Positions 20,995 through 32,019 are shown, counted from the first letter of the stretch. The stretch is DNA of 35,380 nt from Octopus bimaculoides (GCF_001194135.2 NC_068985.1:17944325-17979704); one strand, 5' to 3'. A program made the numbers and translations. The notes: a model not told the origin generated them from the letters alone.

Positions 20995-21057
<63 letters not shown>
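20961..21057. repeat. (CAT)n/(TAT)n microsatellite
   Basis: Visible directly. Confidence 0.95.
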
Positions 21058-21059
<2 letters not shown>

Positions 21060-21270
21060 GGCGGAGAGCTGGCAGAATCGTTAGTGTGCCGGACGAAATG
21101 CATAGCGGTATTTCGCCTGTCGCTACGTTCAGACTTCAAATTCCGCCGAGGCCGACTTTGCCTTTCATACTTTTGGGGTCGATAAATTAGTACCAGTGAA
21201 ACAATGGAGTCGATGTAATCGACTAGTCCACTCCTCCCAAATTTCAGGTCTTGTGCCTTTAGTAGAAAGG

Positions 21271-21333
<63 letters not shown>
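21058..21333 (+). mobile_element. Full-length Meta-type SINE with an (ATT)n tail, inserted in (ATT)n
   Basis: Head aaggcggagagctggcagaatcgttag; tail tcttgtgcctttagtagaaagg followed by (ATT)n. Confidence 0.85.
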
Positions 21334-21335
<2 letters not shown>

Positions 21336-21531
21336 GGCAGCGAACCGCCAGAATCGTTAGCATGCTGGACAAAATGCTTAGCGGCATTTCGTCCGTCTTT
21401 ACGTTCTGAGTTCAAATTTCGCCGAGATCAACTTTTGCTTTCATCCTTTCAGCACTGGGGTCAGTGTAACAGACTAGCCCCCGCCAACAGAATTTTGAGA
21501 CTTTTTATCTACAATACGAATTATTATTATT
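21334..21531 (+). mobile_element. Second, tandem Meta-type SINE with an internal deletion
   Basis: It begins directly after the (ATT)n tail of the previous copy. Confidence 0.8.
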
Positions 21532-22327
21532 GCTATTGTTGTTTTCTCAATTTATCAACTGTTTAGAAAACTCTGCCAGTCTTCGTATTGTAACTTCGGT
21601 AAAGGATTTAAGTTTGACGTAAGTCTACATCAACTGGGGAAATTTAGGGCGGAATCAAAAAGGAACGCATAATCTAATTCACATCAAAGAAAGTGTAACT
21701 GTTAAAATGACTTCAAATAATGATTGTTGCTCAATGCAAATATCAAACAAATTATTGTAAAATTATCAGCATTGAGAAGCAGACCAATTTATGAGAATGA
21801 TCACAGCCGTTACAAGCTTATTATATCAATAGATTTCAACGAAATTTCACAATGCAGAAACGGAAAACTATTCAAGCCAAATTTTATACCGAAAGAAAAT
21901 TTGCTTTTAAACAAAGGCTTTCTTTTTATTCTTCTTTTCTATTTGTACTAAGATCATTTTCAAACCATTTCGAGGATTTATACAAAAGTTATTGTTACAT
22001 ATTATTTGTGTAGCAATAAACATCTCTTAGGAAGATTATATGGTGAAAATAGATCCATGAATTCTGTAGTTAGAGTGTGTATGTGTGTGTCTGTATGTAA
22101 AAATCTCATATGATATATGATATATATTTGTTATAAAAACAAAATACTTTTAAACAAGATCTAAAATACATGAAATATTAAACTGTGACGGAAAACAGAT
22201 TGACACCTTTTGAGTAATGTTATGCTATGGTCCCATAGCCGAAGCAAAGTCATTCCAGCTGTGACCATCCCCTCTTTATTCAAGTAGAGAAAGAACAGTC
22301 GAAAGAACAGAAGGTAAAATAATTACC

Positions 22328-22518
22328 GCGCCAGGGGAAATGCTTAGCGGCATTTCGTCCGTCTGAACGTTCTGGATTCAAATCCCGCCAAGGTCAACTT
22401 TGCCTTTTGTCCTTTCGAGATCGACGATATAAGTAGCAGTTGAGTACTATGGTTGATGTAATCGTATAGCCTTCTCCTCTAAATGTCAGGTCTTGTGCTT
22501 GTAGTAGAAACGATAATT
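22328..22518 (+). mobile_element. Meta-type SINE, diverged
   Basis: gaaatgcttagcggcatttcgtccgtc...ttcaaatcccgccaaggtcaactttgcc...tcttgtgcttgtagtagaaa. Confidence 0.8.
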
Positions 22519-22629
22519 AGTCCCGCTGATATATGTACCTAAAAACTAAAGATCGCTAAATTACCTAAATCCAAGAAATTTGTATTTGCTAATTAGTAAG
22601 TAGTTCATTACAATAAAAATTTCTAATTT

Positions 22630-22835
22630 AGATACAAGACCAACAGTTTGGAGGGCAGTTAGAGTTAGTCTGTTATATAGAACTAATGCTCCACTGGTAT
22701 TTTATTTTAAGCACCCCGAAAGAATGAAAGGCAAAGTTAATCTGGGCGGGATTCCAACTCAGAATGTAAAAACCCGGATCCAATACCACAAGGTATTTGA
22801 TCCGATGCTCTAATGATTTTTACCAATCCATTGCT
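22630..22835 (-). mobile_element. Meta-type SINE, old
   Basis: accccgaaagaatgaaaggcaaagtt...aactcagaatgtaa is the reverse complement of the core. Confidence 0.7.
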
Positions 22836-22837
22836 CC

Positions 22838-23075
22838 CTCATCATCATCATCATCATCATCATCATTTACTGTTCATCTTCCTTGCTAGCATGGGGTGGA
22901 CAGTTTGACAGGAACTGCCATGCCGGAGAACTGAACTAGGCTCCATTGACTATTTTAACATAGTTTCAACGGCTGAGTGACCTTCCTAACGCCAACCACT
23001 TTACAAAGTGTACAGGGTGTTTCTTTTATGTGGCTCCAGCACTGGTGCATTTTACGTGGCACCAGCACCAGCGGA
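22838..23075 (-). mobile_element. 3' end of an RTE-type retroposon with a (GAT)n tail
   Basis: (CAT)n followed by gcatggggtggacagtttgac...ccttcctaacgccaaccac, a recurrent retroposon tail. The family assignment is by recognition only. Confidence 0.5.
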
Positions 23076-23284
23076 GTTGTCTAGTAACTATCAAGATAAA
23101 CACCCCCTCGGCTGGAAGGGAGAGAGTGGTACTGGGGGATGTGGCTTTGAGCTGGCTGAGAGGTTAAAGTATGATAGAGGGATAGAGATAGGTGTCTTAC
23201 TAAAGAGGAGATACTTGGCTACTCCAATGGGAATAGAAAGCAGGAGAAGAGATAGAGTTAGAGAAAAGGACAGATAGACAGAGT

Positions 23285-23287
<3 letters not shown>

Positions 23288-23343
<56 letters not shown>
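23288..23343. repeat. (GA)n microsatellite
   Basis: Visible directly. Confidence 0.95.
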
Positions 23344-23347
<4 letters not shown>

Positions 23348-23409
23348 GGGGTTGGAGATGCATCTACCCACAAGGTAGAGTGAGTTCATTATAATAATTG
23401 TTTCTAACA

Positions 23410-23805
23410 GAGGCACAGGTGTGGCTGTGTGATAAGAAGCTTGCTTCTCAACCACATGGTTCCGGGTTCAGTCCCACTGCGTGGCACCTTGGGCAAGTGT
23501 CTTCTACTATAGCCTCGGGCCGACCAAAGCCTTGTGAGTGAATTTGATAGACGGAAACTGAAAGAAACCCGTCGTATATATGTATATCTTTGTGCGTCTG
23601 TGTTTGTCTCTCCATCATCGCTTAACAACCGATGTTGGTGTGTTTACGTCCCCGTAACTTAACAGTTCGGCAAAAACGACATATTGAACAAGTACTAGGC
23701 TTACAAAGAATAAGTCCTGAGATTGATTTGTTCGACTAAAAGGTGCTGCTCCAGCATAGCCGCAGTGAAACGACTGAAATAAGTGAAAGAATGAAAAGAA
23801 TAAAC
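23410..23805 (+). mobile_element. Full-length CORE-type (octopus OR-like) SINE
   Basis: tRNA-like head (gtggctgtgtgataag...ccgggttcagtccc), then caccttgggcaagtgtcttctactatagcctc resembling the MIR/CORE domain, and an A-rich tail. Confidence 0.85.
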
Positions 23806-23819
23806 ACGAATCCTGAAGT

Positions 23820-24890
23820 TTTGGTGGGAATAGGAAACACAGTATTTGACTAGTACTTTATTTTATTGCTCGTGAAAGGACGAAAGGCACAGTTGATACC
23901 GGCAGGATTTGAACTCAGAACGTAAAAGCCGGGGGAAAAAAAAGACATGTTACCCGACGAACTATCGAATGATTATACTCATCCATCATTTCCATGACTC
24001 ACTATTACAACGTTTCAAATTTTGGAAGAAGCCTTGCAATTTTTTTAGGATGAATGGGTTAGTCAATTACATCGTATCTCGTTGCTCAGCTGGTACTTAA
24101 TCTTATCGACCCCGAAATGGTGAAAGGCATAGTTGACCTCGACGGAATTTTAATTCAGAAGTTAAAGGACCGGAAAAAAAAGCTGCTTACATTTCTACCA
24201 ATACGTCGTAGTATGGTTCATTATAATATTTATTTGTAATTTTGTCACAAGGCCAGAAAATGCTGAGGGAAGGAGCAAGTCGATTACAGCGACCTCTGTA
24301 CTTGACTTTATTTCATCGACCCCGAAAGGATGAAAGACAAAATTGACCTCGGCGGGATTTGAATTCAGAATGCAATGAGTCGGATAAAATGTTGCTTAGC
24401 ATTTTGTCCGAAGTGCTAATGATTCTGTCAGCTTGTCGCCTTACATTTCATTCTAATAATGTTTTCAAATTTTGGCGTAAGGCCAGAAATTTTGCGGGAA
24501 GCAGGTCAGTCGATTACATCGCCCCAGTGTTCAACTGATCACCCCCGAAAGGATGAAAGATAAAATCATCCCCGGCGGAATTTGAACGCAGAAAATGAAG
24601 ACGGATGAAATGCTGCTAAGCAGTTAACCAAGCGTGCAAATATTGGTTACTTGAGATTGAATCTGATTACAGATTGATTTCAAACTTTGGCAGAAGGCAA
24701 GCAGTTTCGATGGAGGCGGTAAGTCAATTACATCGACCTCAGTACTCAACTGGTACTTAGTTTATCGACCCCGAAAGGATGACAAGTAAAGTCAACCTCG
24801 GTGAAGCGTGAACTCAGAAAGGGAAGACGAACAAAATGGCGCCAAGCATTTCGCTCGGCGTACTAATGACTCTGCCAGCGCGCCTCCTTA
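23820..24890 (-). mobile_element. Cluster of five co-oriented Meta-type SINE copies (~23820-23935, 24040-24190, 24230-24445, 24460-24625, 24675-24890)
   Basis: The core motif (accccgaaaggatgaaag...ggaatttgaactcagaa and variants) recurs five times on the same strand with differing divergence. Confidence 0.8.
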
Positions 24891-24981
24891 CGATCCATTA
24901 TAATAACAAAAGGTTTTAAAACATTAACGCATACTTGCAGTCTGAAAAATAAATAAATAAACAAAACACACGCATACTCAC

Positions 24982-25167
24982 ATACTTTCTGTCTGACAAA
25001 GTCGACCACTTGCAGATTAATTTATTCACCAAAACTTTGCCTTGATAACAAGCGTCATTTTGGAAGTGAGAAATACTCAAGCAAAAAGCGAAAACATTTG
25101 GATTAGGGCAGAAGAAGTAAAGCGTGTCTTGAAACATTTACCATTTCAGATCGTTTGCATATTTATA
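24982..25167 (-). promoter_or_regulatory. Candidate TATA box and non-coding first exon of the minus-strand precursor gene
   Basis: TATAAATA at 25167-25160, ~155 nt of unique sequence, then a donor at|gtgagt at 24981. The coding exon at 17075 has an acceptor upstream of its ATG and so needs an upstream exon. The link between them is inferred. Confidence 0.3.
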
Positions 25168-25809
25168 TTTCCGTGAATTTTTTTTATTGAAAAAAAAAAA
25201 AAAAAAAAAATGGTTAATTTCAGGATTGTTTTAATTGTGGACAAGCGATGGGGAAAAATGTGAAAATAATTGCACACAGAAGGAAAGACTGAAATAATTA
25301 GAAATCTTTAATTGGGTATTTGTTCACAGAACTGTATTAAATTTATACAATGTGGATACGCTGAGACAAACACCTACACACACATACACACACACATATT
25401 CACGCACACACACAGCCCAGCATAATCCTCCTTTTCTGCCTCCTCCTCTTCCTTCTCCTTCTCCTCCCCTCCTCTTCTTCATTATCCTGTCGTCATTTCT
25501 CTTTCATTTACACACAAATATCGTCTTCACATACAAGCACACTCATACAACCATGTACAATTAATAAAATGTACAATGTTTTCAATATGTGTGTGTGTGA
25601 ATAAAATGCATGTTGCATATAGAATGCAGTTATAATTATACATTGTAAGCATGTACATGATCGCATGTTTTATTTGGTGTACATGATAACTATCCGTTTG
25701 ATTTTCATACACATATATAAGTGTTTATCAAATTAACAACTCTTCTCACATACTTCAACAATGTTAGGGGACATATGAACAAAATTAAAGAATACATATT
25801 TTCTTTTAT

Positions 25810-26228
25810 CTTCTTTTATCTTCTTGTTTCAATCGTAAGAACAGCGGCCACGCTGTGACACCGCCTTGAAGAATTTTAATCGAATGAATCTATCCCAGTA
25901 CTTACTTTTTATACAGCCTGGTACTTATTCTAACGGTGCTTTTTGCCGAACCGCTAGATTACGGGGATATAATCCCGTAATCGTCAAACGGTGGTGGGCT
26001 TCTTTCAGTTTCCGTCTCCCAAATCTACTCACAAGGCTTTTGCCGAACCACTAGGTTACGGGGATGTAATCCCGTAATCGTCAAGCGGTGGTGGGCTTCT
26101 TTCAGTTTCCGTCTCTCAAATCTACTCACGAGACTGTAGTAGAAGAAAGTTTCCCAAGGTGCTACGCGATAATATCGAACCTGGAACCTTGTGGTTGGGA
26201 AGCAAACTTCTTACCAGATAGCCACGTC
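25810..26228 (-). mobile_element. CORE-type SINE with an internal 97-bp tandem duplication
   Basis: Reverse complement of the 23410 family. 25944-26032 recurs at 26041-26129. Confidence 0.8.
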
Positions 26229-26364
26229 TTTTCCTTTTATTACGGCATCGACACGACTGTCCCTGTCAACTAAACCTTAACATTCTTCTCGGCATAAACA
26301 CTTATTCTAGTGTTTTAGCAGAGGAAATTATCTGAGTGGAATAAAATGTAATACATCTTTTGTC

Positions 26365-26542
26365 CTTCACTTGTTTCAGTCATTAGAATGCGGCCATACT
26401 ACAGCATCGCCTTAAAGGATTTTAATCGAACGAATCAACTCTAGTACTTATTTTTTTAAAGCCTGGTACTCATTCTATCGGTTTATTTTGCTGAATCGCT
26501 AAGTTACTACAACGTAAACTCCTAGTACCGGTTGTCAAGCGC
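26365..26542 (-). mobile_element. CORE-type SINE 3' half
   Basis: ttgtttcagtcattagaatgcggccatact...ctagtaccggttgtcaagcg. Confidence 0.8.
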
Positions 26543-26597
26543 GCGCGAACCTACACGCACATGCATTTTTAAAATTTTCTGAAAAATCAGAAAAGTG

Positions 26598-26950
26598 TGT
26601 GGCTCCGGGTTCAGTCACCCTGCGCGGCAGGTGTCTTCTACTGTAGCCTCGGGTCGACCAAACCCTTGTGAGTGAATTTGGTAGACGGAAACTGAAAGAA
26701 GCCCGTCGTGTATATATATGTATGTGTATATCTATGTGTGTGTGTGTCTGTCCTCTACCATCGCTTAACAACCGGTGTTGGTGTGTTTATATCCCCGTAA
26801 TCTAGCAGTTCGGCTAAAGAGATCGATAGAATAAGTTCCAGGCTTACAAAATTAAAAGTACTGGGGTTGATTAGTTAGACTAAAAATTCTTCAAGGACGG
26901 TGCCCTAGCATGGCCGCAGTCTAACGACTGAAAGAATGAAAGAAAGAAAG
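26598..26950 (+). mobile_element. CORE-type SINE, head partly truncated
   Basis: ccgggttcagtcacc...gtgtcttctactgtagcctcggg...gcatggccgcagtc and a (GAAA)n tail. Confidence 0.85.
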
Positions 26951-27019
26951 AACAGTAGTTTTCCTTTCATATACATTTTAGGTGAAGGGGAGTTGAATGA
27001 TACATACTTTTTGGACCAT

Positions 27020-27149
27020 GTCTGTGTGTGTGTGTGTGTGTGTTTGATCCTATCGCTTGACAACCAGTGTTGATTTGTTTACTTAGTGGTTCGGGAAAAG
27101 GGACCGATGGAATAAGTACCAGATTTTTTTTTTAAAATAAGTACTGGGG
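27020..27149 (+). mobile_element. CORE-type SINE 3' fragment running into a gap
   Basis: atcgcttgacaaccagtgttg...ggttcgg...gaataagtacc...aataagtactgggg. Confidence 0.7.
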
Positions 27150-27928
27150 NNNNNNNNNNNNNNNNNNNNNNNNNNNNNNNNNNNNNNNNNNNNNNNNNNN
27201 NNNNNNNNNNNNNNNNNNNNNNNNNNNNNNNNNNNNNNNNNNNNNNNNNNNNNNNNNNNNNNNNNNNNNNNNNNNNNNNNNNNNNNNNNNNNNNNNNNNN
27301 NNNNNNNNNNNNNNNNNNNNNNNNNNNNNNNNNNNNNNNNNNNNNNNNNNNNNNNNNNNNNNNNNNNNNNNNNNNNNNNNNNNNNNNNNNNNNNNNNNNN
27401 NNNNNNNNNNNNNNNNNNNNNNNNNNNNNNNNNNNNNNNNNNNNNNNNNNNNNNNNNNNNNNNNNNNNNNNNNNNNNNNNNNNNNNNNNNNNNNNNNNNN
27501 NNNNNNNNNNNNNNNNNNNNNNNNNNNNNNNNNNNNNNNNNNNNNNNNNNNNNNNNNNNNNNNNNNNNNNNNNNNNNNNNNNNNNNNNNNNNNNNNNNNN
27601 NNNNNNNNNNNNNNNNNNNNNNNNNNNNNNNNNNNNNNNNNNNNNNNNNNNNNNNNNNNNNNNNNNNNNNNNNNNNNNNNNNNNNNNNNNNNNNNNNNNN
27701 NNNNNNNNNNNNNNNNNNNNNNNNNNNNNNNNNNNNNNNNNNNNNNNNNNNNNNNNNNNNNNNNNNNNNNNNNNNNNNNNNNNNNNNNNNNNNNNNNNNN
27801 NNNNNNNNNNNNNNNNNNNNNNNNNNNNNNNNNNNNNNNNNGTCTGGAACATCTTCCTTCAAGCGTTCATAGACCTCAAGCGTGATCTTAACTCAGTCTT
27901 TTCGAGATTCTTGGTACTTGATCATTCT

Positions 27929-28150
27929 TATTTCTTTATTGCCCACAAGGGGCTAAATATATAGGGGACAAACAAGGACAGACAAAGGGATTAACTCGAT
28001 CCCAGTGCGTAACTGGTACTTAATTTATCGACCCCCGAAAGGATGAAAGGCAAAGTCGACCTCGGCGGAATTTGAACTCAGAACGTAACGGCAGACGAAA
28101 TACCGCTAAGTATTTCGCCCGGCGTGCTAACGTTTCTGCCAGCTCACCGC
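27929..28150 (-). mobile_element. Young full-length Meta-type SINE with 19-bp TSD
   Basis: The perfect TSD cttggtacttgatcattct is at 27910-27928 and 28151-28169. Confidence 0.9.
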
Positions 28151-28504
28151 CTTGGTACTTGATCATTCTGTGCTGTGTCCAACGAATATATCAACAGGGT
28201 CGATTTCCTCCAGGTTATGCATTAAAGTAATTCTTCTGCTATTTAAAGCAAACACGGGTTTTCTTGATATTATGTAAAGATTGGTGCTGGAAAGGAAAGC
28301 TAGACAATAAGTACGAGAAGAGAATCCCAAAGCACAGCTTTTCAAACACAAAAACTGGAAATTGCAAGCTAAATAAATTAACTTCTCAGTCATAGAGATA
28401 CTACTCCAGTAGTTTATCTAAGGAATTGTGGAACGATGACCAAATTTATCATAAGAAATTTTGGTGTGTACAGTGACGGAGAATATCACTTGAAATCTAT
28501 AATT

Positions 28505-28730
28505 AAACTGTCGTATGTCCAAATTTAGCCAAATACGTTTTTTTTTTTTCAATATTCATTTTTGCTTGCAATAGCCGGTTCTTTTGGTTAAGCTATCGTA
28601 TCTTCGGCTGCTTCAGATGTCAAGATATCAAAAATTGTCAAAATGTAGTACAACGGTTTTGCTATGGAATGGTGAAACTATTTTCCCGTTTTCTGAAAAA
28701 AAGAGCAACCTTTTGGACTTACGACACTTT
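28505..28730. mobile_element. Possible MITE/DNA transposon remnant with 15-bp inverted repeats
   Basis: tgtcgtatgtccaaa (28509-28523) versus tttggacttacgaca (28712-28726), 14/15. No TSD identified. Confidence 0.35.
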
Positions 28731-28960
28731 TGCATAATAGCAACGATTTGTATATCTTAACTTTACATAATTTATTCCATACTTAAATAACAATGTCATC
28801 TTGATGACTACACTAATTAAAAACATTGCTTAACTGTTTGATTTACCGCTAGTGAAATATATCAAATATATCTGCGTCGAAATAATCTTAACAAAAATCT
28901 CGACACTGTCCGCGATGTGATTATGCTGTTGTTATACAAATATAAAGTTTCTTAACGTAT

Positions 28961-29175
28961 TCTTTTCTACTCTAGGCACAAGGCCCGAAATTTGGAGGGA
29001 GAGGGCCAGTCGATTAGATCGACCCCAGTACGCAACTGTTACTTAATTTATCGAACCCCAAAGGATGAAAGGCAAAGTCGACCTCGGCGGAAATTGAACT
29101 CAGAACGTAAAGACAGACGAAATACAGTTAAACCTTTCGCTCGGCATGCTAACGATTCTGCCAGCTCGCCGCCCT
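28961..29175 (-). mobile_element. Full-length Meta-type SINE (cttgtgcct tail) with ~10-bp TSD
   Basis: agtttcttaa at 28946-28955 and 29176-29185. Confidence 0.85.
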
Positions 29176-29249
29176 AGTTTCTTAATATATTAGCATTAAA
29201 TGTTTCCATAGTTATGGGATAAAATATCAAGTTGTGCCTCTAATTTTTT

Positions 29250-29612
29250 TGGCTGTGTAGTTAAGAAGTTTGCTCTGTAACCACACGGTTTCAGGTCCAG
29301 TCCCTCTGCAGGGCACCTTGGGCAAGTGACTTCTACGATAGTCTTAGGCCACCAAGTAACTCGTGAGTGAATTTGGTATATGGAAAATGTGTTGAAGGCC
29401 GTCGTATGTACATGTGTATGCGTCTTTGACAACCAGTGTTGGTTTGTTTACGTCCCCGTCACAAGAGAGATCACTATAATAAATACCAGTCTCAAAAAAA
29501 AAAAAGAATCATAAGTACCGGTGGTGATGTGTTCAGCTAAACCCTTTCAAGGCGGTGCCTCATCATGGTTGCAATCCAATGAGTGAAACAAGTAAAATAT
29601 AAAGGATAAACG
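29250..29612 (+). mobile_element. CORE-type SINE, diverged
   Basis: ggctgtgtagttaagaagtttgc...caccttgggcaagtgacttctac...caaggcggtgcc...gaaacaagtaaaa. Confidence 0.8.
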
Positions 29613-29676
29613 GTAACCACCTGATATCAACAGTATAAGAGGGTTAAGCTTTTTACTTCTGGCTCATTACTGCATC

Positions 29677-30062
29677 GAATCACAATGGCCCAGTGGTTAA
29701 GGCAGCGGACTCGCGGTCATAGGATCGCGGTTTCGATTCCCAGACTGGGCGTTGTGAGTGTTTATTGAGCGAAAACACCTAAAGCTCCACGAGGCTCCGG
29801 CAGGGGCTGGTAGCGAACCCTGCTGTACTCTTCCACCACAACTTTCTCTCACTCTTACTTCCTGTTTCTGTTGTGCCTGTAATTCAAAGGGTCAGCCTTG
29901 TCACACTGTGTCATGCTGAATATCTCCGAGAACTACGTTAAGGGTACACGTGTCTGTGGAGTGCTCAGCCACTTGCACGTTAATTTCACGAGCAGGCTGT
30001 TCCGTTGATCGGATCAGCTGGAACCCTCGACGTCGTAAGCGATGGAGTGCCAACAACAACAA
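29677..30062 (+). mobile_element. Full-length tRNA-derived SINE with an (AAC)n tail and 11-bp TSD
   Basis: A-box tggcccagtggttaagg, B-box ggtttcgattccc. TSD attactgcatc at 29666-29676 and 30063-30073. Confidence 0.9.
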
Positions 30063-30680
30063 ATTACTGCATCATGATGTGTATGATGGTTAATGAACTC
30101 TTGTTTAGTTGAAAGATATTAATTTTTTCCCGTATTGTTTATTGGTAAATCGTGTAATGATAAATTATGAAAGTCATATGATACTTCCAGGAAACTATCG
30201 GCAGGAATTTCCCATATTTCCAATATTTACAGGATCTATGAGTTATTAAATGGTTTTCTATCCAGTTAACAATGCACTTGTTAATTAACGCAATCTTTTG
30301 CAATGAATCTTTTAATTAGCGCTAATGTTTACATTTCCAAAACGTCTTTTTTTAGGCTTTTATATATATATATATATATTTTTACTCAAGATTAACAATC
30401 TGAATCAGTCCTCAACCTAGTTCATAAAGCTATGAAACGTATGCTGTTGTTATTGCTGCGCTCATTGTTGTTGCTGATTTGTTTTATACGAGCTATTCAG
30501 AGTCTTACCCGGAGACCTCAAGTAATAGAAAGTTGACCGTTTTTCTGCGGATGTTATTTATGATTAACAATGATATATTTTACGGAGAATTAAGGTTTTG
30601 TTAAATTTGTAATATCTTCCATTTTGAAAAAGTTTTAAATGAATCAGATATTTCACGTTCATAGAATTATTATTATTATT

Positions 30681-30989
30681 GTTCAGTAGTTTTATTTTTA
30701 TAACGTGCTTTCACTTCACTACCGAGCGCAGCTCTGTGCGCCTTGGGTATGTGCTGTGGTTTGCTGTGGTGCTCTTATGGTTACTGTATTGAAAGTGTTT
30801 TGCGTATGATGTGTGCAGTGCCCAGTAGTGCAATTTTCTGTATGTTATATATATTTATAAGTCCTGGTGTTTTTGTTATGTATTTGTCTGAATATTTTTT
30901 TATTATACCTAAGGCACCTACTATGATAGGAATCGTTTCTGTTTTTAGATTCCACATTCGAGTTACCTCTATTTCCAGGTCTTTGTATT
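30681..30989 (-). mobile_element. R4/Dong element 3' end (same subfamily as 1-221) with ORF stop and 3' UTR, followed by (AAT)n
   Basis: ...NIQKIALLGTAHIIRKTLSIQ*, then a 3' UTR ending ...aataaaactactgaac and (AAT)4. It differs by 4 substitutions in 174 nt from positions 1-174. Confidence 0.9.
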
Positions 30990-31782
30990 NNNNNNNNNNN
31001 NNNNNNNNNNNNNNNNNNNNNNNNNNNNNNNNNNNNNNNNNNNNNNNNNNNNNNNNNNNNNNNNNNNNNNNNNNNNNNNNNNNNNNNNNNNNNNNNNNNN
31101 NNNNNNNNNNNNNNNNNNNNNNNNNNNNNNNNNNNNNNNNNNNNNNNNNNNNNNNNNNNNNNNNNNNNNNNNNNNNNNNNNNNNNNNNNNNNNNNNNNNN
31201 NNNNNNNNNNNNNNNNNNNNNNNNNNNNNNNNNNNNNNNNNNNNNNNNNNNNNNNNNNNNNNNNNNNNNNNNNNNNNNNNNNNNNNNNNNNNNNNNNNNN
31301 NNNNNNNNNNNNNNNNNNNNNNNNNNNNNNNNNNNNNNNNNNNNNNNNNNNNNNNNNNNNNNNNNNNNNNNNNNNNNNNNNNNNNNNNNNNNNNNNNNNN
31401 NNNNNNNNNNNNNNNNNNNNNNNNNNNNNNNNNNNNNNNNNNNNNNNNNNNNNNNNNNNNNNNNNNNNNNNNNNNNNNNNNNNNNNNNNNNNNNNNNNNN
31501 NNNNNNNNNNNNNNNNNNNNNNNNNNNNNNNNNNNNNNNNNNNNNNNNNNNNNNNNNNNNNNNNNNNNNNNNNNNNNNNNNNNNNNNNNNNNNNNNNNNN
31601 NNNNNNNNNNNNNNNNNNNNNNNNNNNNNNNNNNNNNNNNNNNNNNNNNNNNNNNNNNNNNNNNNNNNNNNNNNNNNNNNNNNNNNNNNNNNNNNNNNNN
31701 NNNNNNNNNNNNNNNNNNNNNNNNNNNNNNNNNNNNNNNNNNNNNNNNNNNNNNNNNNNNNNNNNNNNNNNNNNNNNNNNNN

Positions 31783-31893
31783 TTTCAGTACCTTTTTTTT
31801 TTAATCATTCCTAGAGATCCTACAATCATTGGTACGGTAGTCGCCTTGAGGTGCCACATTTTTTCAATTTCTATTAGCATGCTTTATATTTAC

Positions 31894-31895
<2 letters not shown>
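31783..31895 (-). mobile_element. R4/Dong RLE fragment (fourth subfamily), 5' end abutting (AAT)n
   Basis: SKYK/MLIEIEKMWHLKATTVPMIVGSLGMIKK..GTE with one frameshift. The 3' part runs into the gap. Confidence 0.8.
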
Positions 31896-31947
<52 letters not shown>

Positions 31948-31987
31948 GTTAGTATTATTATCATCATCATCATCATCATTATTATTA

Positions 31988-32019
<32 letters not shown>

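Noticed and set aside
23820-24890. Regularly recurring motif array as a possible CRISPR-like structure
   Set aside because: The units are diverged ~150-210 bp SINE copies in eukaryotic DNA, with no constant short repeat or unique spacers and no cas genes.
29681-29750. tRNA-like A/B boxes (also at 2439, 3945, 21058, 23415)
   Set aside because: They are SINE heads without a complete cloverleaf, followed by SINE bodies and TSDs, so not tRNA genes.
30432-30536. Signal-peptide-like mini-ORF MKRMLLLLLRSLLLLICFIRAIQSLTRRPQ with possible splice sites (30421, 30522)
   Set aside because: Its hydrophobicity derives from a degenerate TTG/CTG repeat, the donor is weak, and no compatible downstream exon was found.
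2722-31804. Long ORFs in the track that span N-runs (e.g. 11140..12201, 18658..19830, 30743..31804)
   Set aside because: Their length comes from X residues in assembly gaps. Only short real segments at their edges were informative.
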